From sequence record NC_071039.1: a stretch of 64,000 nucleotides of DNA; one strand, 5' to 3'. The translations under genes and the position numbers were made by a program. The notes beneath the pieces are model-generated. The model made no database searches and was not told the origin of the DNA. It saw only the letters and a list, made by a program, of their open reading frames with translations. Positions 1-9,823 of the stretch are shown piece by piece. Positions within the stretch are counted from its first letter, which is position 1, and each line of letters starts with the position of its first letter.

Positions 1-129
1 AAAATTATATTCGAGCGTATTAAGAAAACAGACAATTTGTATTATAAACAAGAATCCGAAAAAGAGTTGTGTGAACAACTAAGTGTATGGGCAAAAAGAA
101 CATTAAAAATATATGATATAGGGCAATAA
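1..129 (+). CDS. 3' end of a CDS truncated by the window edge
   Basis: Frame 1 is open from base 1 (KIIFERIKKTD...IYDIGQ*) and is followed by a terminator-like hairpin at 116-140. Confidence 0.6.
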   Translation, partial: KIIFERIKKTDNLYYKQESEKELCEQLSVWAKRTLKIYDIGQ

Positions 130-163
130 TTGCCCTATATTTTTCATTTATAAATGAATTAAC

Positions 164-170
164 CTAAATA
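164..170 (+). promoter_or_regulatory. T4-type late promoter (CTAAATA)
   Basis: TAAATA core about 30 nt upstream of the dpdA-like start, ahead of a TAAGGA SD; the same core precedes several other genes. Confidence 0.45.
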
Positions 171-201
171 CATATGCACTAAAGAATAATTAAGGAATAT
201 A

Positions 202-1824
202 ATGAAAAATTTATCAAACAGTCAAAAAGATTATGCGATCTATTTGCCTGCAATTAGTGGGTTTTACACAAAACAATTAGACAGTTCTATTAACGATCCG
301 TCTACAAGAAAAATACCTAGCTTTCCTAATGGATATAATACTCTTAATTTTTTAGATCCATCTAGCGATACTTTCTTTTACGGGTATGGGTTATATTCTG
401 CAGGCCATGCAGAACTGTCTTTATCTAGAACTGATGCAAAAGAATGGATGATCCAAGCCAGGGACAAAACACAAACAACAGTTATTGCAGATTCAGGTGG
501 TTTCCAGGTAGCTACTGGTGTAATTAAATTAAACTGGGATGATTTTAAAGGAGCTAGCGGAGATAAAATAAGAAATGAAATTTTAAAATGGTGTGAACAT
601 ACCGCCGACTGGTCAATGACACTAGATGTTCCTGCGTTTGCTGCTACTCCTCCGTACAGTTCAAAAACCGGTCTTAATAAATTCGAAGATACATTAGATT
701 ATTCTCTTCATAATTTACATTATTACATGAAGAACAGAACTCCTGGCGCAACTAAATTCCTTAGTGTATTATCAGGATCAGATGTAGATACATCTAAAAT
801 TTGGTACGACAACGTAAAAGCATTTAGTGACCCTGCTAAAGTAGTAGAAATGGGATATCCAGCTAGTCATACACTCGAAGGGTATGCATTTGCTGGTATA
901 AACATGAGAAATATGTATTGTGCTCTTTCTCGATTCTTAGATCTAATAGATGATAATATTATTTCAGATAAAAACTGGATACACTTTCTTGGACTAGGAA
1001 GGACTGATTGGGCTTGTTTCTTAACATCTATTCAGCGAAATATAAGAAAACATTATAATCCCAATATTAACATAAGTTTTGACGCAGCTTCTCCGTTTGT
1101 TTCTGTGGCATACGGTCTTGCATATAACTATAATTATTTTAATCCCAAACGGTGGGGATATAATATGGATTCTGCCCCAGACAGTAGAGAGTTTAGTGAT
1201 AAAGATATTCCTATGCCGTTTATGAGTCCTATTATGGAAAAATTATCATTAAAAGACATATGTCCATATCACAATGGTTATGGTATAATAAATGGTGTTA
1301 AAAATGCAAACTTTACAAAAGAAGATGTAGAAACTGCTCTTAAAGAAGGAAAAGATGCAGAATACGTGCCGCCGAGCGCAAATAAAAATGGTAAAGTAGG
1401 TAAAACCAGTTGGGATTCACTTAGTTACTTATTAATAATGAATCATAATGTTTACAATCATATAGCTGCAATCCAAGAATCTAATAGATTAGTCGATATA
1501 GAACGGTTGCGAGTTAAAGTAGATTACCGAGATTGGACTAGAGATAAAAAGAAAGGTACTATAGAAGTAAGTAATCACGTCCCTAGTTCGATTTTATATT
1601 TTGACCATTTCGTAGAAGTATTGCTAGATCCGAGTACTCCTAATAAGCGACAATTACTAGAAGATTATAGACCTATGCTAGACAGCATTAGTTTCGGTAA
1701 TTATAACTCAAACTCATTTAATAGTCTTTTTGATGTAGATGCTACTGCAATTGAAGATGAAAATAAGTTTGCAGACATAAACGACGAAAAACTAACTGAA
1801 TTAGAACAAGGATTAGACAATTAA
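202..1824 (+). CDS. dpdA: DpdA/TGT-family 7-deazaguanine DNA transglycosylase
   Basis: TGT-fold motifs IADSGGFQ, MTLDVP, IHFLGLG and SFDAASP with both catalytic Asp-equivalent positions; no tRNA-TGT CxCxxC Zn site; clustered with QueE and a QueD-like gene. Confidence 0.75.
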   Translation: MKNLSNSQKDYAIYLPAISGFYTKQLDSSINDPSTRKIPSFPNGYNTLNFLDPSSDTFFYGYGLYSAGHAELSLSRTDAKEWMIQARDKTQTTVIADSGGFQVATGVIKLNWDDFKGASGDKIRNEILKWCEHTADWSMTLDVPAFAATPPYSSKTGLNKFEDTLDYSLHNLHYYMKNRTPGATKFLSVLSGSDVDTSKIWYDNVKAFSDPAKVVEMGYPASHTLEGYAFAGINMRNMYCALSRFLDLIDDNIISDKNWIHFLGLGRTDWACFLTSIQRNIRKHYNPNINISFDAASPFVSVAYGLAYNYNYFNPKRWGYNMDSAPDSREFSDKDIPMPFMSPIMEKLSLKDICPYHNGYGIINGVKNANFTKEDVETALKEGKDAEYVPPSANKNGKVGKTSWDSLSYLLIMNHNVYNHIAAIQESNRLVDIERLRVKVDYRDWTRDKKKGTIEVSNHVPSSILYFDHFVEVLLDPSTPNKRQLLEDYRPMLDSISFGNYNSNSFNSLFDVDATAIEDENKFADINDEKLTELEQGLDN

Positions 1825-2885
1825 TGAAAGTTATAATAATCCCCATCGAATCAATAGAAACTCGGTATACGTCAGAATGGAATATGTTTCTTAAACCGCA
1901 ACTAGAAAAGTATATAGACGAATCCGGTCTCGATGCAGAAATAGTTCAAATTGATGTAAACTATGTTGACGAAGGCACCTCTGCGGGCGCCTTCCTTAAC
2001 TTTGCAAATACAAACATATTCAAAAGCAATCAATTCATTAAATTAGCAAGTATAATAGAAACTTTAAACGATAACGATGTTGTTCTTTATACAGACGCAT
2101 GGAATCCCACAGTAGTTCAACTAAATTACATGCGATCGTTAATGAATAAAAAATTTAAAATAATGGGGTTGTGGCACGCCGGTTCGTATGATCCGCATGA
2201 TTTTTTAGGAAGGCACTTTGATAAAAATTGGTCATATGAATTTGAAAGATCATTATATAATATATATGATGTAAATTTCTATGCAACTAATTTTAGTAAA
2301 GATCTCATGATAGATAACCTTTTTGGTAAAACAGCTAACGTAAACAGACACGATATAGTAGGTTGGCCAATGGAATATTTAGTTGACCAACTTACACCTT
2401 CTACTAACAAGACAGATACTATATTATTTCCTCATCGAATTTCTCCGGAAAAACAACCAAATATATTTAAAAAATTAAGATCATTACTTCCTAACTACGA
2501 GTTTGTTTTTGCACAAGAAACTAAATTGTCAAAGGCAGAATATCATACACTTCTTAAACGTTCTAAAATTGTCTTTTCGGCTTCGTTGCAGGAAACATTG
2601 GGTATAGGTTTCTACGAAGGTGCATTAGTCGGTGCAATTCCGTTATTGCCTGACCGATTGTCTTATAAAGAAATGACAGAAAATGTAAAAAACAGAAATT
2701 TGTATGTATATCCAAATGAATGGACTATTTCGGAAAATCTAGCAGACCTAAAAAATTTAGTTACCCTAATAGATTATACTATGCGTAATTATAATTTTAT
2801 AGTAGAAGAAATGAAACTTAATTTACTGCCCGAATTAAACAAATATTATAACGGAACAGAGTTGTATAAAAGAATTTTAAAATAA
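1824..2885 (+). CDS. GT-B glycosyltransferase (GT4/group 1-like)
   Basis: FPHRISPEKQP and IVFSASLQETLGIGFYEGALVGAIPLLPD (Ex7E-type GT4 motif); translationally coupled to dpdA (TAATG overlap). Confidence 0.8.
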   Translation: MKVIIIPIESIETRYTSEWNMFLKPQLEKYIDESGLDAEIVQIDVNYVDEGTSAGAFLNFANTNIFKSNQFIKLASIIETLNDNDVVLYTDAWNPTVVQLNYMRSLMNKKFKIMGLWHAGSYDPHDFLGRHFDKNWSYEFERSLYNIYDVNFYATNFSKDLMIDNLFGKTANVNRHDIVGWPMEYLVDQLTPSTNKTDTILFPHRISPEKQPNIFKKLRSLLPNYEFVFAQETKLSKAEYHTLLKRSKIVFSASLQETLGIGFYEGALVGAIPLLPDRLSYKEMTENVKNRNLYVYPNEWTISENLADLKNLVTLIDYTMRNYNFIVEEMKLNLLPELNKYYNGTELYKRILK

Positions 2886-2969
2886 TTTCCATTTAATATT
2901 CTGCATACAATTTACATTTTAATACGAAAACATTATAATATTACAAAATTAAAAATAAGGATTATTTTT

Positions 2970-3347
2970 ATGGGAATTAAACGATGGATCGAAGTTCCTT
3001 TTCAAAAAGAAGGAATTCACATGTACCCTGGTGCAGATAACAACCCTGCACTAGCTACAAATGATTGGAAAGATGTATCTTTTTTAGGATATCCTCATTT
3101 TCATTATTTTTATTTTACTGTTAAAATTGAAGTTTTTCATAATGAACGAGATATCGAATTTATTCAATTTAGACGGTTCTTAGAAAGACTGTATAGTGAA
3201 TCTCTGCTAAAACTAGATGGTAAATCTTGTGAAACTATGGCAGAAGAATTATATGAACAAATTAACATTGTATATCCTAACAGGGACGTTGTGATTACAG
3301 TGGCAGAAGACAATATTAATAAAGCTGTTTTAGAATTTTTCAAATAA
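2970..3347 (+). CDS. QueD/PTPS-superfamily T-fold protein, DpdL-like
   Basis: LGYPHFHYF (LxxxHxHxF in place of QueD CxxxHGH), SCETMA and C-terminal VAED T-fold motifs. Confidence 0.6.
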   Translation: MGIKRWIEVPFQKEGIHMYPGADNNPALATNDWKDVSFLGYPHFHYFYFTVKIEVFHNERDIEFIQFRRFLERLYSESLLKLDGKSCETMAEELYEQINIVYPNRDVVITVAEDNINKAVLEFFK

Positions 3348-3361
3348 GCAAGGATGCTATT

Positions 3362-3622
3362 ATGTATAATAAACAACTGTCAGGAATATATACTACTACA
3401 ACGATAAACTCTATGCCAGCTAGCTACTCCGGTTTAACGGATCTAGGCATGTATGATACAGAACTTTCGGTATTGAGGAAAAAGATAGAACAGATAGAAA
3501 AAATGTTGTGTATGTTAGAAGTAGATAAATTACTTTCAGAAAAATATCCTGCATTAAAATCTGCATATGACGAATACGAAGTCATATTATCTATCATAAA
3601 CGGTACGGAGAAAAAAGAGTAA
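3362..3622 (+). CDS. hypothetical phage protein
   Basis: 86 aa ORF with AAGGA SD, packed within the operon. Confidence 0.6.
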   Translation: MYNKQLSGIYTTTTINSMPASYSGLTDLGMYDTELSVLRKKIEQIEKMLCMLEVDKLLSEKYPALKSAYDEYEVILSIINGTEKKE

Positions 3623-4141
3623 ATGGCAATGCGTGTCATTATTACTGGTTGTAACGGTTATGTTGGTAAAACAGTAAGCAAATACTATTATACATTAGGA
3701 TATAATGTAGTGGGATTTGATTTAATTAATTCAAAAAATAGTTACATAACTAATTTTTATCAAACTAGCTATGCATCTAGTATCGCAGAAGATATAATAC
3801 TCGAGTCTGATGCAGACACGCTTATTCATTGTGCTGTAGAAAAAAGCAATACATTACAACAACATTTCTACCACAATAGTATTCAATTTATAAACTTATT
3901 ATCAGTATTAAAAAATACTTCTATAAAAGAAATAATAGTATTTAGAAATAAAAGTGCAGAAAATAATGATGCCCTTTTAAAACTCTCTAATAACACTAAT
4001 AAAGACTATTTAGAAGAATTTTCTAAATCGACAGGAATTAATTCAAAAATATATAATTTGTTAGATAAGAATAATGAACAACACATTATAGAATTAGTAC
4101 AACCGTATTTAGAATTAAGTAAACACTTTTATATATTTTAA
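3623..4141 (+). CDS. truncated NAD-dependent epimerase/dehydratase (GalE-like N-terminal Rossmann domain)
   Basis: VIITGCNGYVG, VVGFD and LIHCA motifs; only 172 aa, no clear YxxxK or substrate domain. Confidence 0.65.
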   Translation: MAMRVIITGCNGYVGKTVSKYYYTLGYNVVGFDLINSKNSYITNFYQTSYASSIAEDIILESDADTLIHCAVEKSNTLQQHFYHNSIQFINLLSVLKNTSIKEIIVFRNKSAENNDALLKLSNNTNKDYLEEFSKSTGINSKIYNLLDKNNEQHIIELVQPYLELSKHFYIF

Positions 4142-4152
4142 GGAGATATTAT

Positions 4153-4587
4153 ATGTACGATAAAAATTTTGTATCAATGGATCAAATGCCAGTTATTGTC
4201 AGTGACTTGGTTAGTGAAATAGACGAAGCAGGAATTTCTCCTAAAGTTATTATTGCTATTAGCAAAGGTGGACTAATTCCTGCCACTATGATTAGCTATT
4301 ATTATGATTGCCCTATTGTAACATACGATCCGGTAGAAGATTGTTTTAGTACAAATAATGATATAAGTTCTGAATGCATTATCGTAGATGATGTTATCGA
4401 TACAGGCAATACTGTAAATTCTGTTATTTCTTTGTTAGAAGACGAATTCTTTTTTACAAAAGAAGACATTAGTAAAATTAGAGTAGCATCAATATTTGCA
4501 ACAAGAAATAATACAATTGTAGATTTTTATCATGACGAAATAAGTTACCATGATTCGGTAAGTTTTGAATTTAAACAATTTATTTAA
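4153..4587 (+). CDS. type I phosphoribosyltransferase (purine PRTase-like)
   Basis: IAISKGGLIPA and PRPP-binding IIVDDVIDTGNT motifs. Confidence 0.8.
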   Translation: MYDKNFVSMDQMPVIVSDLVSEIDEAGISPKVIIAISKGGLIPATMISYYYDCPIVTYDPVEDCFSTNNDISSECIIVDDVIDTGNTVNSVISLLEDEFFFTKEDISKIRVASIFATRNNTIVDFYHDEISYHDSVSFEFKQFI

Positions 4588-4657
4588 TATAAAGTTATTC
4601 TTTACTTTTAGTATGATTGCGTTTATAATGTATATTATAAAATAAAGCGGATTATGT

Positions 4658-5530
4658 ATGAAACACAGATATACTGAAAAGTTTTTCTCAGTCCAGGGAG
4701 AAAGCCTACATACCGGAAAACTATGCACTTGGCTTAGATTTTTCGGATGTTCGTTGCAATGTAGGGGCTTTGGACAAAAAGAACCTGGAAATCCCGAAAC
4801 ATGGGTAGAACAACGACCGGATTTAATAGATGTAACAAACATTACAGATTATAAACAATTACCGACTCCTAAGTATGGATGTGATTCAGACTATTCTGTA
4901 TTTGCTAAATTTAAACATCTTGCAACAGAAGTCGATCCTGTTGTAGTTGCAAATGAAATAAAACAATTAATTCCTAGTAAAACATTTGGTAAAAAAATAG
5001 GTCATGTATTTACGGGCGGAGAACCGTTAGTAAACCAAGAATCTATAGTAGATATAGTAAATTATTGGATAGATACTAATGATTATCCTGCATGGATAGG
5101 AATAGAAACAAATACAACTAGACCGTTAGAAAAATGCTTAATCGATTTAGTTAACAGATGTAAATCGATTGGTGTGCAATTTTATTTTTCTATGTCACCC
5201 AAACTACTTCATGTAGCAGGTGAACAACCCAAACGAGCTATCCATATAAATTTAATGAAGGAATATATAGATATTGCACCGGATAGCTATCTAAAATTTG
5301 TAGTAAATGAAGATCAGCGATCGTGGGATCAAGCAAAAAGTATAGTAGACACATTAAATGCTGACGGGTATTTACCAGATGTGTGGGTTATGCCAGTCGG
5401 AGGCATTTATTCCCAACAAACAGACCCAGTAATTGGAAGACTTGCAGATAAAGCTATCTTCGAATACGAATGGAATGTTAGTTTACGTGTTCACGTATTA
5501 ACCTGGGGTGACGATCAACTAGGTAGGTAA
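4658..5530 (+). CDS. queE: 7-carboxy-7-deazaguanine synthase (radical SAM)
   Basis: FFSVQGE, RFFGCSLQCRGF...GCDS (CxxxC..C split by an insertion), FTGGEPL, LKFVV, SLRVH. Confidence 0.9.
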   Translation: MKHRYTEKFFSVQGESLHTGKLCTWLRFFGCSLQCRGFGQKEPGNPETWVEQRPDLIDVTNITDYKQLPTPKYGCDSDYSVFAKFKHLATEVDPVVVANEIKQLIPSKTFGKKIGHVFTGGEPLVNQESIVDIVNYWIDTNDYPAWIGIETNTTRPLEKCLIDLVNRCKSIGVQFYFSMSPKLLHVAGEQPKRAIHINLMKEYIDIAPDSYLKFVVNEDQRSWDQAKSIVDTLNADGYLPDVWVMPVGGIYSQQTDPVIGRLADKAIFEYEWNVSLRVHVLTWGDDQLGR

Positions 5531-5534
5531 AACC

Positions 5535-5954
5535 ATGAACCGTATTATCCTTTCTGTAGTGTTTAGTTTAATATCGTCGTATGCAGTATGCGGAGAAAAT
5601 AAATCCTATATAAATCCGCATCTTCATGGAAAATGCGTCGGGATGGTTACTAAACTGTCTGAATATGCAAATACCGAAGTATTAACTTTAAAATTGTATA
5701 ATATAGGTCAGGTACTTCATGCATACGGCAAATACACTGCACTAAAATCGAATAATGCAGATACAGCACTGTATGATCAAGGATTAGTTGACGGAAGAGA
5801 AACAGTTTCTAAAAATATAGAAAATAACAATTTTAATGTTTTAGTAAAATATTATGAAGATAATTGTCTAGAAATATTTTACAAATCTGCAGACTGGTTA
5901 TATCATAATAACATACATCAGTTCAATAAATTAACGGATATTTTTAATAAATGA
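5535..5954 (+). CDS. hypothetical protein with signal-peptide-like N-terminus
   Basis: MNRIILSVVFSLISSYAVC hydrophobic leader. Confidence 0.55.
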   Translation: MNRIILSVVFSLISSYAVCGENKSYINPHLHGKCVGMVTKLSEYANTEVLTLKLYNIGQVLHAYGKYTALKSNNADTALYDQGLVDGRETVSKNIENNNFNVLVKYYEDNCLEIFYKSADWLYHNNIHQFNKLTDIFNK

Positions 5955-6562
5955 AAAAAAGATTATTTCCATTTTGGTTATGGCCATATAGCTGGGGATT
6001 ACCTGCTAAACAGAAAGCTATTGCAAAAGCAGAGTATTATCTCGAAGGAGAAGAATTAGATAGGGAATTAGTAGCACTATCGAATACAACAAGCAAAGCC
6101 AAAGAAATTGAATTGTTACATATTGATTTTAAATATGGTAAAATAACAGAATACGAATACGATGTTGCTTTAGCTAAAACTCAATACGATCCGGGTCTAG
6201 CTTTAGACTTAAAATTAGCTGATATAGATTTAAAGCATCATAAAATAAATGAAAGGGAACATAGCAAACGAATTGCTACCTTAAGAAAGTTACCTTGGGT
6301 AGATATAATAAAGATAGGCTTGTCTTCTTCTGATATTTCGACAGGAGAAATGGAATTAGACTGGAATGAATATTTTATAGAAGAATTGCACGAATACGGA
6401 TATGTAGGTAGGACTGACGAAGAAGTAGTAAATTTATGGTTATCTACTTTATGTAAAAATATCGCATTAGACGAATTCGGAGGAATGGGATCTGTAGACG
6501 ATCTTTCAGAAGATAATGACAAAATAGATAGCAAAGAAAACTATAAAAGGGAAGTTAAGTAA
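5951..6562 (+). CDS. conserved hypothetical jumbo-phage protein
   Basis: 203 aa with ELDWNEYFIEEL...GY.G..DEEVV..W motif; overlaps both neighbours. Confidence 0.65.
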   Translation: MKKRLFPFWLWPYSWGLPAKQKAIAKAEYYLEGEELDRELVALSNTTSKAKEIELLHIDFKYGKITEYEYDVALAKTQYDPGLALDLKLADIDLKHHKINEREHSKRIATLRKLPWVDIIKIGLSSSDISTGEMELDWNEYFIEELHEYGYVGRTDEEVVNLWLSTLCKNIALDEFGGMGSVDDLSEDNDKIDSKENYKREVK

Positions 6563-7548
6563 TGTCTAAAACTTATATTTTAATCGATACATTCAACATG
6601 TTTCATAGAGCAAAACATGTAATCAGGTCCTCCTCGTTAGATGAAAAAGTAGGCATGTGTCTTCATGTAATGTTTAACAGTATACGCAAAGTATACAGAG
6701 ACCATTCTGCAGATCATGCTGTGTTTTGCATAGAAGGCAAATCTTGGCGGAAGGACTTTTATAAAGAATATAAGTTCAACCGAACAGCAGCTAGAATGGC
6801 AAGAACAGAAGCTGAAATCGAAGAAGATGCTGCTTTAATGGAAGCATATAACGATTTAATTACATTCATTAATGATAAAACAAATTCTAGCGTACTACAT
6901 CACCATAAAGCAGAAGCAGATGATATGATAGCTACTTGGATTCAAAATAATCCAAATGATAATCATATTATTGTTAGTTCAGACAGCGATTTTTTCCAGC
7001 TATTAGCACCTAACGTTAAAATATATAATGGAATTACAGAACAACTAATTACATTAGAAGGTTTCTTTGATAATAAAGGCAAACCTGTAATTGATAATAA
7101 AACAAAGAAACCAAAAGTGGCTCCTGATCCTAAATGGTTATTATTTGAAAAATGCATTAGGGGAGATAAATCTGATTTTATTTTTGCGGCGTACCCGGGT
7201 GCAAGAGAAACTAGTTCTAAAAATAAAGTAGGCATGCGTGAAGTATTTGCCGATATGGATAATAAAGGTTACGCATGGAATAATTTTATGTTGACAAAAA
7301 TTACAGATTCTGCTGGTAATGAATTTGTTGTTCACGATAAGTACGAATTTAACAAAACACTAATTGACTTAACTTGTCAGCCAGATGATCTAAAAACAGA
7401 ATTTAAAACAGTCACAGATGTAGCTCGTAATAAACCGCCCGTATCTAACGTAGGCATCCATTTTTTAAAATTCTGTAATAGATGGGCACTAGAGCAAATC
7501 TCTAAATATCCAGACGAATTTGCAAAACTTCTTAATGCTAAACCATAA
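6562..7548 (+). CDS. rnh: T4-type RNase H / 5'-3' exonuclease (FEN-1 superfamily)
   Basis: LIDTFNMFH, EADDMIA, IVSSDSDFFQL and IRGDKSD acidic active-site motifs. Confidence 0.85.
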   Translation: MSKTYILIDTFNMFHRAKHVIRSSSLDEKVGMCLHVMFNSIRKVYRDHSADHAVFCIEGKSWRKDFYKEYKFNRTAARMARTEAEIEEDAALMEAYNDLITFINDKTNSSVLHHHKAEADDMIATWIQNNPNDNHIIVSSDSDFFQLLAPNVKIYNGITEQLITLEGFFDNKGKPVIDNKTKKPKVAPDPKWLLFEKCIRGDKSDFIFAAYPGARETSSKNKVGMREVFADMDNKGYAWNNFMLTKITDSAGNEFVVHDKYEFNKTLIDLTCQPDDLKTEFKTVTDVARNKPPVSNVGIHFLKFCNRWALEQISKYPDEFAKLLNAKP

Positions 7549-7550
7549 TT

Positions 7551-8009
7551 ATGAAATTAAAATCATTATCTGAAACTTCGTGGATTGTGTTAGACAACCA
7601 GGGCGATAAAGTAGGTATACTTACTAGAACCAAAGAAAAGCTCAATCTAATGACTCCCGGCGGATCTATGTTATTCGATACGCAAGATGATGCAAATACA
7701 TTCTTCGGTGAAGATATATTTAGTAATATAGTATATGTTAGCAAAACAGAAGAAGTGTTCGAATTAGATGGATGGCCAGTATCTACCGCTAACCCTGTTA
7801 AGGCACAATCAGTAAATAATCTTCCTTGTTACACTAAAACAGAGGGAGGAAAATCAATACACTGTGCCGGATATTATAGTATTAAATTTCCTGGATCATA
7901 TATAAACAGTTTTTGTCCTAAACTTTCTACATTAGAAAAATACGAGTTTAGTGGACCTTTCAAAACTGAACTCGAAGCAAGAGCAACAACCAGTATTAAT
8001 AAAAAATAA
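7551..8009 (+). CDS. conserved hypothetical protein
   Basis: 152 aa, in operon with rnh; HCAGYY and FCPKL.TL..Y...GPFKTE motifs. Confidence 0.65.
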   Translation: MKLKSLSETSWIVLDNQGDKVGILTRTKEKLNLMTPGGSMLFDTQDDANTFFGEDIFSNIVYVSKTEEVFELDGWPVSTANPVKAQSVNNLPCYTKTEGGKSIHCAGYYSIKFPGSYINSFCPKLSTLEKYEFSGPFKTELEARATTSINKK

Positions 8010-8020
8010 GGAAAATAAAA

Positions 8021-8311
8021 ATGCTCGATAACTATGAACTATTAGCAAAACAAGAATTAGAATCTATGTATAAAAACGTAGTATATGATTTAGGTGCCGA
8101 CATTCCCACGACATTCTTTAATATTAAGTTATCCGAGCACATAGTTCCTAACTCAGAAGCAAATAGAACATTTATAAACAAATATACTAACTTAGTGCAT
8201 GGTGAATGTATGGAATTAGTTTGGTATAGGGCAGTTTGTACAACAGATTCCAAAACAAATAATCTAGTTGTATTAAAATTAGAACGTTGCAGTTCTTATC
8301 AGGAAATTTAA
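8021..8311 (+). CDS. hypothetical protein
   Basis: 96 aa ORF with AAGGA SD. Confidence 0.55.
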   Translation: MLDNYELLAKQELESMYKNVVYDLGADIPTTFFNIKLSEHIVPNSEANRTFINKYTNLVHGECMELVWYRAVCTTDSKTNNLVVLKLERCSSYQEI

Positions 8312-8313
8312 TT

Positions 8314-8859
8314 ATGAACAGAAGAAGTTATGATCCCGATTTGTTTAAACAAATAGAAGAAGACGTAGACTGTTATGTGTTTAAACACGAAATATTTAAA
8401 GATATCTATTTGTTTATGGATGGTTGGGGTCAAAGTCACAGAACAAACGGTCCTGCTCTTATAATTCCTAATATATGCGAAGTTTGGTATAATCATGGAA
8501 AGATACACAGGGATAACGGTCCTGCATTTTTTGAAATTACAAAAGACAATGAAGTTAGATATTGTTGGGTTTTAGATAACAATATAATTTCATGCAAGGA
8601 TCAATACGATAACGTATTAGGCACAGAAGCATATGGTGCTTGGGTAGAAGCAACATTAATAAATCATCCTAATTTTTTGGTATTTAATACTAACTATGTA
8701 ACTCATGATTATGTATCTACTGCAAAGAATAAGTATATGCTCGGAGCTACTGATATGAAAGAAGATAATTCTAAATGGGCACAGTTGGGTTCGCAACACG
8801 ATATATATAAAAATTTTAAACCAATTTGGATGTCGGAAGAAGAATGGATCAATAGCTAA
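8314..8859 (+). CDS. protein with HRxxGPA beta-hairpin repeats
   Basis: SHRTNGPA and IHRDNGPA repeats; ATG at 8314 chosen over the upstream start in the ORF track. Confidence 0.6.
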   Translation: MNRRSYDPDLFKQIEEDVDCYVFKHEIFKDIYLFMDGWGQSHRTNGPALIIPNICEVWYNHGKIHRDNGPAFFEITKDNEVRYCWVLDNNIISCKDQYDNVLGTEAYGAWVEATLINHPNFLVFNTNYVTHDYVSTAKNKYMLGATDMKEDNSKWAQLGSQHDIYKNFKPIWMSEEEWINS

Positions 8860-8861
8860 TA

Positions 8862-9062
8862 ATGACGTTAGTAGTATTGTACATAATAATCCAATCTATT
8901 TTAGTAGGTATACTGCATCATTTAGCTATAAGAAATCTTGTATTAAAAGAAAATTGGTTATGTGTATTTATACTATCGACTATATTATGGATATTATGGC
9001 CTATAGGTTATCTAATATCATGTATATACGCAATGTATATTAAATATAAAAACCCTGTATAG
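8862..9062 (+). CDS. small membrane protein
   Basis: Two hydrophobic segments; followed by a terminator. Confidence 0.55.
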   Translation: MTLVVLYIIIQSILVGILHHLAIRNLVLKENWLCVFILSTILWILWPIGYLISCIYAMYIKYKNPV

Positions 9063-9081
9063 TCTATACAGGGTTTTTATA
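9047..9081. terminator. bidirectional intrinsic terminator
   Basis: AAAAACCCTGTATAG..TATACAGGGTTTTT hairpin with A and T tails. Confidence 0.7.
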
Positions 9082-9103
9082 TACCCAGTAAATTATAAAA
9101 TCA

Positions 9104-9111
9104 GATAAATA
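9104..9111 (+). promoter_or_regulatory. late promoter (GATAAATA)
   Basis: TAAATA core about 28 nt upstream of the 9139 start, with GGAG SD. Confidence 0.5.
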
Positions 9112-9138
9112 ATACGATGGCTATTACTGGAGATATAT

Positions 9139-9432
9139 ATGGCACGTCCAAAACCTACTATCCTTGTTGAACATGTAGATCCAAAAACATATAAATCTGA
9201 GCAAATACTCGAAGCTGAAGCTGTGTTTGCTGTATTTTATAAAGGCGAGCCTATCAATATACGGTCACAGAGTGCATTGATAGATTATGCTCCTAAATAT
9301 AAGAAATCTACATTTGTTAACCCGGGCCATGCACTTAATTTGGCTGAACGTTTAAATGAAATGTTTAAATGCACTGACTTTACTGTTCATAAATTAATTG
9401 CAGGAGAAAAATACACCGGTGAAGAATACTAA
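9139..9432 (+). CDS. conserved hypothetical jumbo-phage protein (RPKPTIL family)
   Basis: MARPKPTILVE...PKYKKSTF.NPGHA.NLA.RLN..FK. Confidence 0.7.
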   Translation: MARPKPTILVEHVDPKTYKSEQILEAEAVFAVFYKGEPINIRSQSALIDYAPKYKKSTFVNPGHALNLAERLNEMFKCTDFTVHKLIAGEKYTGEEY

Positions 9433-9769
9433 GCTTAGAGATTCAATTTTCTCTTATTTAAGAGAAAATAACGAATCTTTAACTGAGTTAACAGATATAG
9501 AACTTAATCGTTTTATATTTGCACACCCTTCTAGTTTTAGACTGTCGTATGATGGTCTAAAACTATTTTCAAAACTATTCACTTCTTATACCTACCATAT
9601 AGATTTTAAAATAACTTTCAGACAAAGATTGCTATTAGGTAGGCATCTAAAATTTCCTTATTATTTTAGTGATAAAAGATTAATATTGTTTTCATACGAC
9701 GATTCTTTATATTTAAATTTAATAGGCGATATAAAACTCTGGTTAGAATCGTTCGAACATAGTGTTTGA
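9398..9769 (+). CDS. hypothetical protein
   Basis: 123 aa; exact start uncertain (GTG near 9419 is possible). Confidence 0.55.
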   Translation: MQEKNTPVKNTKLRDSIFSYLRENNESLTELTDIELNRFIFAHPSSFRLSYDGLKLFSKLFTSYTYHIDFKITFRQRLLLGRHLKFPYYFSDKRLILFSYDDSLYLNLIGDIKLWLESFEHSV

Positions 9770-9794
9770 CATATTTTAAATACTTTTATAAAAT
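9766..9794 (+). promoter_or_regulatory. sigma70-type promoter
   Basis: TTGACA-17 nt-TAAAAT. Confidence 0.7.
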
Positions 9795-9823
9795 TACAGT
9801 ATATAAAGTGCTGTAAAATTGTC

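Noticed and set aside
202-1824. tRNA-modifying queuine tRNA-ribosyltransferase (tgt)
   Set aside because: Lacks the CxCxxC Zn site of tRNA TGTs, is much longer and sits with biosynthesis genes in a phage; a DNA-acting DpdA is more likely, though unproven.
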